A stretch of 64,000 nucleotides of DNA from contig JABIFX010000062.1 of assembly GCA_018650445.1 (NCBI GenBank), positions 12,918 to 76,917 of the forward strand, given 5' to 3'. Positions 40,141 to 50,722 of this stretch are shown in pieces. Source of the stretch: Fidelibacterota bacterium (GTDB lineage Bacteria > Fidelibacterota > UBA8477 > JABMPR01). The position numbers were made by a program, and so were the translations under genes. Below the pieces are notes generated by a model. It worked only from the letters and a program-made list of their open reading frames with translations. It had not been told where the DNA came from and did not search any database. Within the stretch, counting starts at the first letter, position 1. Each line of letters opens with the position of its first letter.

Positions 40141-40644
40141 CTAATTCCGAATAGTTACTATCCATGACAGTTCGATACTGTCACCTTCTTCAGATAACAC
40201 CATGGTGACCCTCAACATCTTTTTGCTGTAGCCAGTACTTTCTGAAAAGAGTATTTCTGAAATATCTGAGTCAATGGGACTATGAATTAAACCGTCAATT
40301 TTCCATTCTAAACTCAAGCCATTTGCAGAGAGATGATCTACTGTTCCATCCATTCGAACTGAACGCATGATAAGTCCTGTGGCTGATGTAACCTCTGAAA
40401 TTTCGTCGCTGGCACTTGCGAATATTTGAAGTGAATCAGCGATCTGACTCGTGAGCTTTGTTCTTACATATTGATCCACCACAAAAGCATCCTGACTCAA
40501 CTGGGATCGCACCATAGTATCATTATACATATTACGGGTAAACATGAGGACCGATGAAAAGCCAATGGCTACAATACTTGAAATCACGGTAGCTATCATG
40601 AGCTCTACCAGGGTGGTTCCACTGGAGCTATGACGATACATCAA
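40141..40644 (-). CDS. Prepilin-type N-terminal cleavage/methylation protein (PilW/PulJ-like)
   Basis: SSG|TTLVELMIATVISSIVAIG class III signal with Glu+5. Confidence 0.8.
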   Translation of the reverse strand: MMYRHSSSGTTLVELMIATVISSIVAIGFSSVLMFTRNMYNDTMVRSQLSQDAFVVDQYVRTKLTSQIADSLQIFASASDEISEVTSATGLIMRSVRMDGTVDHLSANGLSLEWKIDGLIHSPIDSDISEILFSESTGYSKKMLRVTMVLSEEGDSIELSWIVTIRN

Positions 40645-41108
40645 TAATCCCAGGCCATTTCTGCAGAGATGTATGCAGTCAGGCTATCACTTACATTGCC
40701 CGTAGTAAACCAGGAGATCTTTATCTGAATCATATAGTAGTCTGGTATATCTGTATCCGTTGGCGATAAACCGTCCGTCGTATCATCAATTCCAAAAACC
40801 TCGGTAGTTCTATAGGCAGTGAGATTATTCGCGGTAATCTCCTGATTGGTCTCAGGAAGACTATCAGGTATAGCATCATATCCCCAATCAACAGCCTGTT
40901 CCATGCGGGAAGCCATATTGATCCAGGCAAGTTGTCTACGAATACCTCGATCAATATCCCAGCGCGAATACACCATATACTGAGCAGTACCCATGGCCAC
41001 TATTGACAGGAGGGTCACCGAAAAAATGATTTCGATGAGCGTGAAACCCCTACGCGGAAGAAGCGTTCTAAACTTTCGAATTATAGGATTTGTTGGGAAC
41101 TTCTTCAA
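40641..41108 (-). CDS. Prepilin-type N-terminal cleavage/methylation protein (PilV/PulI-like)
   Basis: RRG|FTLIEIIFSVTLLSIVAMG class III signal; stop overlaps the next start. Confidence 0.85.
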   Translation of the reverse strand: MKKFPTNPIIRKFRTLLPRRGFTLIEIIFSVTLLSIVAMGTAQYMVYSRWDIDRGIRRQLAWINMASRMEQAVDWGYDAIPDSLPETNQEITANNLTAYRTTEVFGIDDTTDGLSPTDTDIPDYYMIQIKISWFTTGNVSDSLTAYISAEMAWDY

Positions 41109-41211
41109 TTCTCACCCGCGTTGGAATCCTTTATAAAGGCAATAATTACTGGCCTTTAAATTAGACCCCCCAATGAATGATGGTTAGTGAAATAATCCAT
41201 CTTGATTTCAC

Positions 41212-41976
41212 CTAAGCTCTCTCCCCCACTCCAGAAATATTAAAACCCATATCTTCTAAGGTAACTTGAAGATCTGGCCTGAGGGGGCGACTCAGGTTTC
41301 TGGCAATGACCCCAGACCAGGCGGCTACATCCAGATTTTTGCCCAAATTGGCATAGTGCTGCGCCAATTCTGTGTTGTGAGCCTCTATCTTTGATTTTGG
41401 AATTGTCATATCATATTTTTCCTGATGAATAACCAAGTCAGCAGGCAATCGTGGTTTCTGTGGTGGGATTTTATCCCTGTCAGGCCAGCCAAGACACATC
41501 CCAAAGCTTACATAGACATGCTGCGGCAATCCTAACAATGCGGCTACTTCTCGTGGATGATTACGCATGGCACCAATCATGACAGCTCCCAGACCCATTG
41601 ATTCTGCCCCGGTTTGAACGGACATGCCTACCAGAGAAGCATCAATGGTGGAGATAATGAAGGTCTCCAGATTGTTGGTCATTTCTGCATCATGTAGCTC
41701 GCAGACAGTTTTTAGACGATGCAAGTCAGCACAGAATGCGAGAAAGACTGGACAGGTTTCCACATGTTTCTGATTCCCCGCCAAAACGGCTAATTCCTGT
41801 TTAACATCAGGGTTCCTAACCACAATGACACTGTAGGCCTGCATATTACTGCTGGTTGGCGATCTTCTGGCTGCTTCCAGTATCTGTGTAAGCATCTCTT
41901 CTGAGATACCCTCTTGAGTGAATGAGCGGATTGTTACATGTTGATTCTGAGCTGTTAACGTTGAGGATACTTTCAT
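41212..41976 (-). CDS. NADPH-dependent nitroreductase / flavin reductase (NfsA/Frp family)
   Basis: HVTIRSF, SPTSSNMQAYSVI, AESMGLGAVMIG and KPRLP motifs. Confidence 0.92.
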   Translation of the reverse strand: MKVSSTLTAQNQHVTIRSFTQEGISEEMLTQILEAARRSPTSSNMQAYSVIVVRNPDVKQELAVLAGNQKHVETCPVFLAFCADLHRLKTVCELHDAEMTNNLETFIISTIDASLVGMSVQTGAESMGLGAVMIGAMRNHPREVAALLGLPQHVYVSFGMCLGWPDRDKIPPQKPRLPADLVIHQEKYDMTIPKSKIEAHNTELAQHYANLGKNLDVAAWSGVIARNLSRPLRPDLQVTLEDMGFNISGVGERA

Positions 41977-42034
41977 GAAAGACCTTTATCGGTGATTAAG
42001 TTTCTATTTCAACTAAATATACAAAATAGACCAG

Positions 42035-42069
42035 AAAAAAAGAAGCCCCCGTGTGTGGACAGGGGCTTC
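42035..42069 (-). terminator. Intrinsic terminator
   Basis: GAAGCCCC...GGGGCTTC hairpin followed by a T run on the minus strand. Confidence 0.75.
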
Positions 42070-42116
42070 GTCATACTATTGGCAAAGGAGGTTTGAATGT
42101 CTTTAAGCCAATAATC

Positions 42117-45100
42117 CTATTTTAGATAAAGCATCTTGATGACATCCACGTTGCGACCCGCCTCGAGCCGTGCAAAATAGACACCTGTACTCACCTGATT
42201 ACCATGGCGGTCAAGACCATACCAGGTGGTTTCATAATTGCCCACACTTCTAAAGTCATTCACCAGCTCTACAACCTCCCGGCCCAGCAGGTCATAGATG
42301 ACCAGGCGAATATCAGCATTCTCAGGCAATGCATACCGGATATGGGTCATGGGGTTGAAGGGATTGGGGTAATTCTGGCTCAGCATGAATCTTTGAGGAA
42401 TTTCAACATATCCGGATTCCACATCAACAGGCTCCATTGAGGCGTAGCCTATTCTCCAATGATCTGTACCAGACGCTGTTGACACACCATTGTACCACAT
42501 TTTATACTGACCTTGATCAATGATAACTGTAGGATAAAATGAAGCCAAATCGTTCCATGAACCAGATTCACCAGCATCAATTTCTGGCCCAGAACTAGAG
42601 TTATTGGTCCAGTGAATGCCATCATTTGAAGTTGCCCTTCCAGATCGGCTAGCAACTGTTCCATCATTACCAGAATACCACATGAGATATTGAGCACCAT
42701 TGTAAACTACACTTGAAGCGTAGAACAAATTACTGGTCCAGCCATTCTCATCGGGTACAAAAACGGGATTTTCCGCTGCCTTATCCCAGGTGATCCCATC
42801 AGAGGAATAAGCAACACCAACTGCTCGACCATCAGCATTACCACCGAGATACCACATCGTGAATTGCGAACCATCATGAATTACACCAACCGCTGCGCAC
42901 ATGTTTGCATCCCAGGTCCCCACATCACCTTCCAGAACTGGATTTGCAGTGACTTCCCAATTGATCCCGTCGGCAGAAGTTGCATGAGCAACTTTATCAG
43001 CCCAATTGAAGAACCACATATGAAGAATATCATCTACCAGAAGAACTCGAGGCAGATAGAGATGCGTACCATACCAGGCAGTGGCATTCCCTGAAAGCAC
43101 AGGATTATTTTCATATCGTCTCCAATTTATACCATCAATAGATGTCGCATATCCAATTTTGTAGCTGCTACCACTGTCCCCCGCATACCACATATGATAC
43201 AGCCCATCAAAAAACAGAACATCTTGACTCCAGACTTTTACATCGTCCCAAGTACCAGGTGCTCCCCGTGAAAATACCGGGTTCTCACCCCTATCCCACC
43301 AGTTCCAGGCAGTTGTGACCGCATGGGCTGAATATGAAGATTCAATGGCTCCCATATCCGGTGCTGATCCTGGAGGATCGGGACAGGCACGCCCATTTAT
43401 GTCCTGGGGAAGTGCATTGTAAGTGACACTATCAATCGTACAGCATGCTGTCCCTGCACCTATGCATTGTGAGGTGGTGAAACTTAAGGCATAACTCTGA
43501 GTTAATTGAGGATCAACAGAGAGAGAATTAGCGAAATTAACGATATCATTGACAGGTGGTACTGGATGTTCCCAATCGATACCACCGACGCCTCCCTTCA
43601 GACAAGAATTATGGAAGTCAAGTGAATGCCCGGTCATATTATATGTTCCAATTTCTGGACCCTCAGCTCCAGGACTATCTGTAAGTATATTATAGGCAAT
43701 GATGGTATTGATAAAGGTCGCATCCCCTCCATTGGAGTAAAATCCGCCGCCCTTCCATCCTGCCCTATTATTAGCGATTGTATTATTTATGAAAACTGGA
43801 TGTGCGTTTCCCCCAATACCGACACCCCCGCCATAGCCCTGACTACCATTATTTCCAATACTCACGTTTTCTACAATCAAATTATTCTTGAGAAGTGGTT
43901 CACACCCAGTTCCCCATATACCAATCCCCGCTCCAACATCAGAATTGCGGTTATTTCGGATGGTGTTTCCTTGAATCAGAGGACTGGAATTCCAACCCAC
44001 CATGATCCCACCACCATGGGCACCTATATTGTTAAAGAGGTGCACAGCTGTGTTGTGCTGAATCAAATTGTTTATGATTTTAGGGTTGGAACCATTTAGT
44101 ATTGCCAAGCCTCCACCATAGCTAGCGGTTCCGGACACATCTCCTATAACTCGATTATATTCAACAATAGAGTTATCTATGCAAATTTTGCTTACTTCAG
44201 AAATAAAAATGCCACCACCCACTCTGCCATCTAATCCACCGGCATCACCAGCAAAAGTTTTGGCATAACGGATATTACAATAGCTGATAAGCGATGAATC
44301 ATTTGTAGCTGGTGTCTCATCAAACCTGATCCCGCCCCAGACCCCATCACTGCCTGCATTAGAGCCATATCCCAAGGTGTCATCCACCATGAACCGGATC
44401 GGTTCTTCTTCGCTTCCCAGAGCCAGAATTTGACCTTGGATATTTATTGGGTCGTGTGTCAAGAATTCAATTGTGGTTCCAGCTTCTATAGTGAGTGTTT
44501 CTCCATCGGGAATAGTGATTTCACCCTGTACCCGGATGGGTGAAGCAGCCTTTGTCCATGTACCGAAATTTTCACCTGGGGGAACAATAGTGGGGTTGTA
44601 TTTTGCCAGTCCAAAATCAGAGCCTGTACCATCCCGCAACCAACCACCATATAAGCTCCAATAGCTACCCTCATACTCAATAACATCCATAATACATGCG
44701 CCATCTTCATCGTAATTACCTAGTGGACCTAGATCTAGAACAGGGTTGAACAAGGCATCTTTACGCCAGTGAATGCCATCAACCGAGACGGCAGTATGTG
44801 TTTTCATCTCCCATCCGGCAGCATTGTATGGACCCTGAACGTACCAAGCCCAATATCTGTTGCTAATTTTTTTTACACACCCAGGTATCGTCCATTTTCC
44901 ACTTGGTGGTTCAATGACTGGTTCAGAATATACATTCCAGTCAATCCCATTTTCTGAAGTTGCATAGGCAATATCCTCACTACCCGCAACACTGGGGCTG
45001 GTTCCAAACCACATTTTAAACCTGTCAACTTCCGCCAAAACAAATGGATTACGAACCCACATTACATCAACATGGGGGAATAGAATATCGTCTGGAACTA

Positions 45101-45599
45101 TGACTGACTCAGGATGCTTATTCCAGGTGATACCATCCAAAGAGGTGGCATATCCTAGGGATTTGGTCCCGCCATACCTGGGCTGGTGAGCAGAACCTGT
45201 GTACCACATCTTATAGGTTTCACCTTGTTTAATGACCATTGGTGCACCCACGTGGGCAGCATCCCAGGTTCCCTCTGTTCCTGTCAGAATAGGATTATTG
45301 GAATACTCGACCCAGCCAGAGTCAAGGTTCATGCTATACCACATTCCGATACTAAAAGTTGTCCCATTTGAGGCGCCGACATAGAGCTTGAAAGTATCTA
45401 CATCTACCAGAACATGACCCAAACTCCAGTCCCATGCTTCCTGACCCCCATTCCAGGTCCCAGGTAATCCTTGATTGTGAATAAGTGGTTCATCAATATT
45501 CTGTTTGTGCCAGATTTGTCCAAACTCCGGTGCTGTCTGACCCCAAGCCCAACTACATAGCACCACCAGAATTAACATGCCTACATTGAATCGACGCAT
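42117..45599 (-). CDS. Secreted multidomain putative glycosidase: two five-bladed beta-propeller (GH43/32/130-like) domains flanking a right-handed beta-helix, with T9SS/FlgD-like tail
   Basis: Repeated YKMWYxG...IGYATSxDGxxW...NPV blades at both ends; central GGG/N-rich beta-helix ending PDMGAIE; QNYPNPFNP tail. Confidence 0.8.
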   Translation of the reverse strand: MRRFNVGMLILVVLCSWAWGQTAPEFGQIWHKQNIDEPLIHNQGLPGTWNGGQEAWDWSLGHVLVDVDTFKLYVGASNGTTFSIGMWYSMNLDSGWVEYSNNPILTGTEGTWDAAHVGAPMVIKQGETYKMWYTGSAHQPRYGGTKSLGYATSLDGITWNKHPESVIVPDDILFPHVDVMWVRNPFVLAEVDRFKMWFGTSPSVAGSEDIAYATSENGIDWNVYSEPVIEPPSGKWTIPGCVKKISNRYWAWYVQGPYNAAGWEMKTHTAVSVDGIHWRKDALFNPVLDLGPLGNYDEDGACIMDVIEYEGSYWSLYGGWLRDGTGSDFGLAKYNPTIVPPGENFGTWTKAASPIRVQGEITIPDGETLTIEAGTTIEFLTHDPINIQGQILALGSEEEPIRFMVDDTLGYGSNAGSDGVWGGIRFDETPATNDSSLISYCNIRYAKTFAGDAGGLDGRVGGGIFISEVSKICIDNSIVEYNRVIGDVSGTASYGGGLAILNGSNPKIINNLIQHNTAVHLFNNIGAHGGGIMVGWNSSPLIQGNTIRNNRNSDVGAGIGIWGTGCEPLLKNNLIVENVSIGNNGSQGYGGGVGIGGNAHPVFINNTIANNRAGWKGGGFYSNGGDATFINTIIAYNILTDSPGAEGPEIGTYNMTGHSLDFHNSCLKGGVGGIDWEHPVPPVNDIVNFANSLSVDPQLTQSYALSFTTSQCIGAGTACCTIDSVTYNALPQDINGRACPDPPGSAPDMGAIESSYSAHAVTTAWNWWDRGENPVFSRGAPGTWDDVKVWSQDVLFFDGLYHMWYAGDSGSSYKIGYATSIDGINWRRYENNPVLSGNATAWYGTHLYLPRVLLVDDILHMWFFNWADKVAHATSADGINWEVTANPVLEGDVGTWDANMCAAVGVIHDGSQFTMWYLGGNADGRAVGVAYSSDGITWDKAAENPVFVPDENGWTSNLFYASSVVYNGAQYLMWYSGNDGTVASRSGRATSNDGIHWTNNSSSGPEIDAGESGSWNDLASFYPTVIIDQGQYKMWYNGVSTASGTDHWRIGYASMEPVDVESGYVEIPQRFMLSQNYPNPFNPMTHIRYALPENADIRLVIYDLLGREVVELVNDFRSVGNYETTWYGLDRHGNQVSTGVYFARLEAGRNVDVIKMLYLK

Positions 45600-45630
45600 A
45601 CTTGTCCCCTTCCTAAAAAGTTATGGTATA

Positions 45631-45697
45631 AGTTTAGCAATTCCGACAATTGCAGACTAACACAGATGGAACCAATCCTATCCCGTATGGAACATTT
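45631..45697 (-). promoter_or_regulatory. Activator-dependent promoter: ATGGAAC direct repeats (21-bp period) plus a -10-like TAAACT
   Basis: Repeats at 45666 and 45687; the 37-bp block matches 60532-60568 at 33 of 37 positions; -10-like hexamer 24 nt downstream on the minus strand. Confidence 0.65.
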
Positions 45698-45754
45698 GGA
45701 TCATTTTTGAGGATATTCAGGTAGAAATGGTTTTGGCGGAGTAGGTCAGATAGT

Positions 45755-48700
45755 TTATTCGTCTGAGTTGATCATATTCTGGTCTGATAAAAATGCTGAG
45801 GGTGTTTTTCCATATTCCTGGTGGAAGGATCTTGAGAAATGTGATGGATTTGAAAAGCCAACCTTGTAGGCTATTTCTGTAATGGTAGCATGATTATTTC
45901 CCAATAACATGGCAGCTCGTTTCAAACGAATCAGTCGAATAAACTCTACCGCCGTTCGTCCAGTAAGTGCTCTTAATTTCCTGTTCAATTGTTGACGACT
46001 CATAAAGATATTTTGAGCCAGGTTGTCCACCTTAAAATCTGTATCATCCAGGTGGTCACTTATGATCCCCACTGCCCTTTCAAGGAAATGCCTGTCCATG
46101 GATGAGATATCCAGATCGGCGGGGATTAAACTGAACTCCCTCTGAAAACGTTCTCGTAAGACCTGTCTCTGATCAATCAAATTTTTGATACGAATTCTTA
46201 ATTCCTTCGCCTCGAAGGGTTTTGTTAGATAGGCGTCAGCACCTGTTTCAAGTCCCTTTACCTTGCTTTCAATATCTGCCTTCGCTGTGAGCATAAGCAC
46301 GGGGATATGACTGGTGCGCTCATCGGTTTTCATATGCCGGCAAAACTCCAGCCCGTTCATTTTTGGCATCATGATATCACTGATAACCAGGTCGGGGATG
46401 AGTTCTCTCACTTTGTTGAGACCGTCCTGGCCATCTGTGGCTTCATGGCATTGATAGCTCTTTTCCAGATAAGATCGGATATAATTACGGACATCAACAT
46501 TATCTTCAACAATCAGCAGGATGGGTAAGGCATCCCCATTGTCAGCCTCAGAAAAATTTCGACTATTTTCATGGTCAGGTTCAATTGGTTCAGTCTGGGT
46601 ATCCTCTGTGGCCACATTTCCGGGATGGACGATTTCATGGGCAGCAAGATGTTGCTTACCAAGGGGAAGCCGAATTGTAAATACAGTACCAATTTCTGCA
46701 TTACTCTCCACCGTGATTTTTCCCCGGTGGATATCCACCAGCTCCTTGGTCAATGAAAGTCCGATACCCGTCCCACCCCATTGCCTGGTTTCAGTATTAT
46801 CCACTTGATGGAAACGATCGAAAACTTTGGTCAAATGATTTTCAGGAATACCGATGCCTGTGTCTGAAACACGAATAATGATCTCTCCCTCTTTGCTCAG
46901 CATGGATGTTTTACTCCTGGAGATTCCCACCATGATGGTGTTACCTACTTCAGTAAATTTGAAGGCATTGGAGAGTAAATTATTGAGGATTTTGACTATG
47001 GCTTCCCGTTCTACAAAGATCTGGATATTCTCATCTGTTGACTCAAATATTAAATCGATCTTTTTGCGCTCTGCCAGAGATGCAAAGGAGAGTACCAGAC
47101 CTCGCAGAAGAGGCACAATATTCTGTTGAGATACCTGGAGAATCATGTTTTTGTCATCAAGCTTGGATATATCCAGAAGCTGAACCACCAATTCGAGTAG
47201 CCGTTTCGCCTGTCTTTGTATAAGCGATAGATCTGCCTGCATCTCTTGGTTTTTTATCTGGGAAATTAAATTACCTACTGGACCTAGAATGAGTGTAAGG
47301 GGCGTACGAAATTCATGAGAAATATTGGCCATAAAGCGTGATTTATGATCATCCAATTCATGATAATGTTCTGCAGACAGATGTTCCAGTTCAACTTGAT
47401 GAGTAAGCTTAATTTTACTGACCTGGAATCGCCAAAAAGACACTGCCATTCCCACTAGCACCAAAAAATAACCAAGGAAAGCCCATTGAGTCTCCCACCA
47501 GGGTGGCGAGATGATAATTCTCAGAGAAGTTCCTTCTTCATTCCAAACACCACTATTGTTTGACCCCTTTACTCGAAAGGTATAGCTGCCATGGTCAAGG
47601 TTGGTATAGGTTACTTCTCTATTAGATGCATCTGTGTAATTCCAGCTATCTTCGAAGCCTTCCATGAAGTAGGCATACAAATTTTTTGAAGGACTTCTGA
47701 AATCCAGAGCAGCAAATGTAAATGAAAGAATTTGCTCACGATGACTCAAATGTAATTCTTCCAGTCGCGATATTTCCTTCGGCAGAGAAATTTCCCCTCG
47801 GCTTTCTCCTTCAGAAGCAGATTTTACTGGGACAGATTTATGGGCAATTTTGAAGTCAGTTAATAGTACCTTGGGTGGAATCGGGTTACTTACTATGCTA
47901 TCCGGGTGGAAGGATACCAGACCACTACTTCCCCCTATAAATACCTCACCGTTTTCATTACAATATCCTGAATTGAATTCGTAACCGTTCCCGGGAAGCC
48001 CATCCTCTTTCCAATAATTCTTGAAGGTTTCTGCGATGGGGTCAAAATGTGAAAGACCTATTTTAGTGGTAAGCCACAGCATACCATTCCTATCTTCTAC
48101 AATGCTATTTATATGATTGTGAGGGAGACCATCATCCATTGTGTAATGAACAAATTTCTGCGACTTGTGGTCGTAGCGGTCCAGTCCATTCATGGTACCT
48201 ACCCAGAGCACATCCACCCCATCCAGAGAGGCTGGCAGAAGCGCATCAACAAGATTACTGGCTATTGATTCAGAGTCATTCTTATCGTGTTTATACCAGA
48301 CCTCATCCCCACTTTTCAGGTCAAGTCTCAATAAACCTCCTGCAAAAGTTCCAACCCATAAATAATTTGATGTATCCAGTTGAGCTTCGTGAACTGAATA
48401 AGCTCTCAGTCCCTTTTGTCTTTTGAACTGGTCCTTGACATAATCAAATTCAACCAAGTTATCGGCAGTCCCTATCCAGACTCGTCCAGTGGGTCCCCTA
48501 ACCATGGTATACATCATGTCATCATAAGCTGCACCAGAAAGATCAGGTTGAAAATGATAGGTGGAAAAACGACCTGTTCTCATATCAAGTTTTGAAAGCC
48601 CCTTCATGGTACCAACCAATAATGTTTCAGAATCAAGAGCAATGAGGTTTAAAACGGAATTGTGGGCAATACTTGCTGGGTCATTTGGATCATGTCTAAA

Positions 48701-49945
48701 CCAGGTAGTTTTGCCAGTTCCTCGCTCTAAACGGCAGAGACCCTTGCCAAAAGTCCCAATCCATAAAATTTCACCATTTCTATTGAAGCTTGATTTGACG
48801 TTACTGATCCACTTGTTACCCAACTCACTGAGACCGGGGACGGATTTATCATAGCGAGTAAATACTGCCTTTGGGGCATCCCATTTACTAAGCCCATTGA
48901 CATGCCCAAACCACAATACGCCTGAATTGTCCTCACATGCTGAGAAAATGATGTCCGCTCCTATGCTATGAGGATTATCCGCATCTTCTGAAAATCTGGT
49001 AAAATCACCAGTTTCCCTATTGAGTAGATCAAGTCCTCCGCCATATGTGGTTATCCAAAAATTGCCAAGCCGATCTTCATAAAGATATTCTATGGCGTTA
49101 CCGCTGATGGACTGAGGGTTGAGAGGATCATGCACAAAATGAGAAAAAGTTGGTTCCGTCCCGATTTCCCTGCCAGCTTCGAGTCTATCCAGACCGCCAC
49201 CAAAAGTTCCAACCCAGAGCGTACCATAGCGGTCCTCGAAAATCTCGTCAACATTATTCCAACTTAAACTCGCTTTATTTTCAGGATCATTGACATATGA
49301 AGTGAAAGTATCTGTTTCCGGGTTATATCTGCATAAACCATGGCGAGATGTCCCCGCCCAGAGTACCCCCTGACCATCTTGATAGAGAGCAGTTATTGTA
49401 CTACCCAATTGATAGTGTCGAAACTCACCTGTTTCATAATTCAGTCTATCCAGGCTTCCAACCACACCCACCCATAGCTCTGGAACGCCGTCGAAAACGA
49501 CCTCCTCTGCAATCCAAACACTATTATTACTAATACTTGTGGAATCATCAGGATCATGTTGGTAATTGGTGAAAGTTTCAGTTGTGAGATCCAGACAACT
49601 CAAACCCCCTCCCACTGTACAAACCCATAATTTGTGATGTCCCTGTGCATGGGATGTCAGGGCCTGTCTGAGAACATTACCTCCCAGACTGTTTGGGCTC
49701 TCTGGATCATGGCGAAAAGTCTTGAAACCATACCCATCATACTTGTTGAGTCCATCTTCTGTGGCAACCCATAGAAAGCCTTGACAGTCAGTAAGAACTT
49801 CCAACACAAAACGCTGAGAAAGACCTTCTTCAATTGAAATATTTTCGAAACGGGGAGAGATGGGCTGTGCGGATAAAAGTATCAGTTTTCCCAGCAAAAG
49901 AATGATAATTCTCAGTGCAGTGTGACTACAAAGTTTCAGATCCAC
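45755..49945 (-). CDS. Hybrid two-component system (beta-propeller sensor, Y_Y_Y, HisKA, HATPase, receiver, AraC HTH)
   Basis: LWxGTxxGL repeats, YTNLDHGSYTFRVK, ISHEFRTPLTLI, GGTGIGL, DIMMPKMNG and EIAYKVGFSNPSHFSRSF. Confidence 0.95.
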   Translation of the reverse strand: MDLKLCSHTALRIIILLLGKLILLSAQPISPRFENISIEEGLSQRFVLEVLTDCQGFLWVATEDGLNKYDGYGFKTFRHDPESPNSLGGNVLRQALTSHAQGHHKLWVCTVGGGLSCLDLTTETFTNYQHDPDDSTSISNNSVWIAEEVVFDGVPELWVGVVGSLDRLNYETGEFRHYQLGSTITALYQDGQGVLWAGTSRHGLCRYNPETDTFTSYVNDPENKASLSWNNVDEIFEDRYGTLWVGTFGGGLDRLEAGREIGTEPTFSHFVHDPLNPQSISGNAIEYLYEDRLGNFWITTYGGGLDLLNRETGDFTRFSEDADNPHSIGADIIFSACEDNSGVLWFGHVNGLSKWDAPKAVFTRYDKSVPGLSELGNKWISNVKSSFNRNGEILWIGTFGKGLCRLERGTGKTTWFRHDPNDPASIAHNSVLNLIALDSETLLVGTMKGLSKLDMRTGRFSTYHFQPDLSGAAYDDMMYTMVRGPTGRVWIGTADNLVEFDYVKDQFKRQKGLRAYSVHEAQLDTSNYLWVGTFAGGLLRLDLKSGDEVWYKHDKNDSESIASNLVDALLPASLDGVDVLWVGTMNGLDRYDHKSQKFVHYTMDDGLPHNHINSIVEDRNGMLWLTTKIGLSHFDPIAETFKNYWKEDGLPGNGYEFNSGYCNENGEVFIGGSSGLVSFHPDSIVSNPIPPKVLLTDFKIAHKSVPVKSASEGESRGEISLPKEISRLEELHLSHREQILSFTFAALDFRSPSKNLYAYFMEGFEDSWNYTDASNREVTYTNLDHGSYTFRVKGSNNSGVWNEEGTSLRIIISPPWWETQWAFLGYFLVLVGMAVSFWRFQVSKIKLTHQVELEHLSAEHYHELDDHKSRFMANISHEFRTPLTLILGPVGNLISQIKNQEMQADLSLIQRQAKRLLELVVQLLDISKLDDKNMILQVSQQNIVPLLRGLVLSFASLAERKKIDLIFESTDENIQIFVEREAIVKILNNLLSNAFKFTEVGNTIMVGISRSKTSMLSKEGEIIIRVSDTGIGIPENHLTKVFDRFHQVDNTETRQWGGTGIGLSLTKELVDIHRGKITVESNAEIGTVFTIRLPLGKQHLAAHEIVHPGNVATEDTQTEPIEPDHENSRNFSEADNGDALPILLIVEDNVDVRNYIRSYLEKSYQCHEATDGQDGLNKVRELIPDLVISDIMMPKMNGLEFCRHMKTDERTSHIPVLMLTAKADIESKVKGLETGADAYLTKPFEAKELRIRIKNLIDQRQVLRERFQREFSLIPADLDISSMDRHFLERAVGIISDHLDDTDFKVDNLAQNIFMSRQQLNRKLRALTGRTAVEFIRLIRLKRAAMLLGNNHATITEIAYKVGFSNPSHFSRSFHQEYGKTPSAFLSDQNMINSDE

Positions 49946-50722
49946 CCCCCTCTAACTGGTTTTACTGATATTGTCTATTAAAGTAATAATATAATATTGT
50001 TGATGTAAAGTGTTAATATCCACAATTATTCATAATCGTTCTCATACTATTAGCGCGCATGAGAGCCTTAATTTGTGTAAGAGAAGGTTAAATGGCAGAT
50101 AATAGTAATGATTCACTATTTACTTTTGATATTCAATCCATTGATAATTTTAAAGTTTTAGATTTAAGCTGGATTATTAGAATTATTAAGATTTGAAGAT
50201 TAAAATTGATTAATATTCAATTTTCAGGCATATAATTTCCACAAACATGTGGAATCTCGATTGAATCCTATTACTGAATCGTCCACGACAATAACCCCAC
50301 CTAACTTAAATAGCTTCCGCACTTACGAGGGATAATAATGCACTTCTATTGTCCAGAATTACAACTTTTTTGATTTGGTTTGGTAGCTATTTTCAGGAAA
50401 TGTTTGATGGATCATTGAGAGCTTCGATGATTTCTAATCCATTGAACTTTTACTAATTTATTTTAAGTTATTCCTTACACATTTAGATGCAGATACTAAA
50501 TACTGAAGCTCTTGTTGCGTTTTCATAATGATGTTTTAAAGACTTAATATATTGTGTCTCCAATTGAGACATACACGGGGTGTGGTCTTTACCGGTACTG
50601 GAAACAGTCCCAGTGATAAATAAGAATAGTATTAGATCAATTTTATCTGAAACTGTGTTTGACATAAACACTATTCTACCCACACACTAAAAAATTGACG
50701 ATTAACATTTCGAAAGGGAATA

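Noticed and set aside
12658-40644. Genome-wide reassignment of UGA to Trp or Gly (tables 4/25)
   Set aside because: TGA acts as a normal stop with start overlaps at 12658, 29885 and 40641, and the other long ORFs have no internal TGA.
50483-50683. 66-aa minus-strand ORF in the HTCS-activase gap
   Set aside because: No recognisable motif or clear RBS; the region is better explained as non-coding leader.
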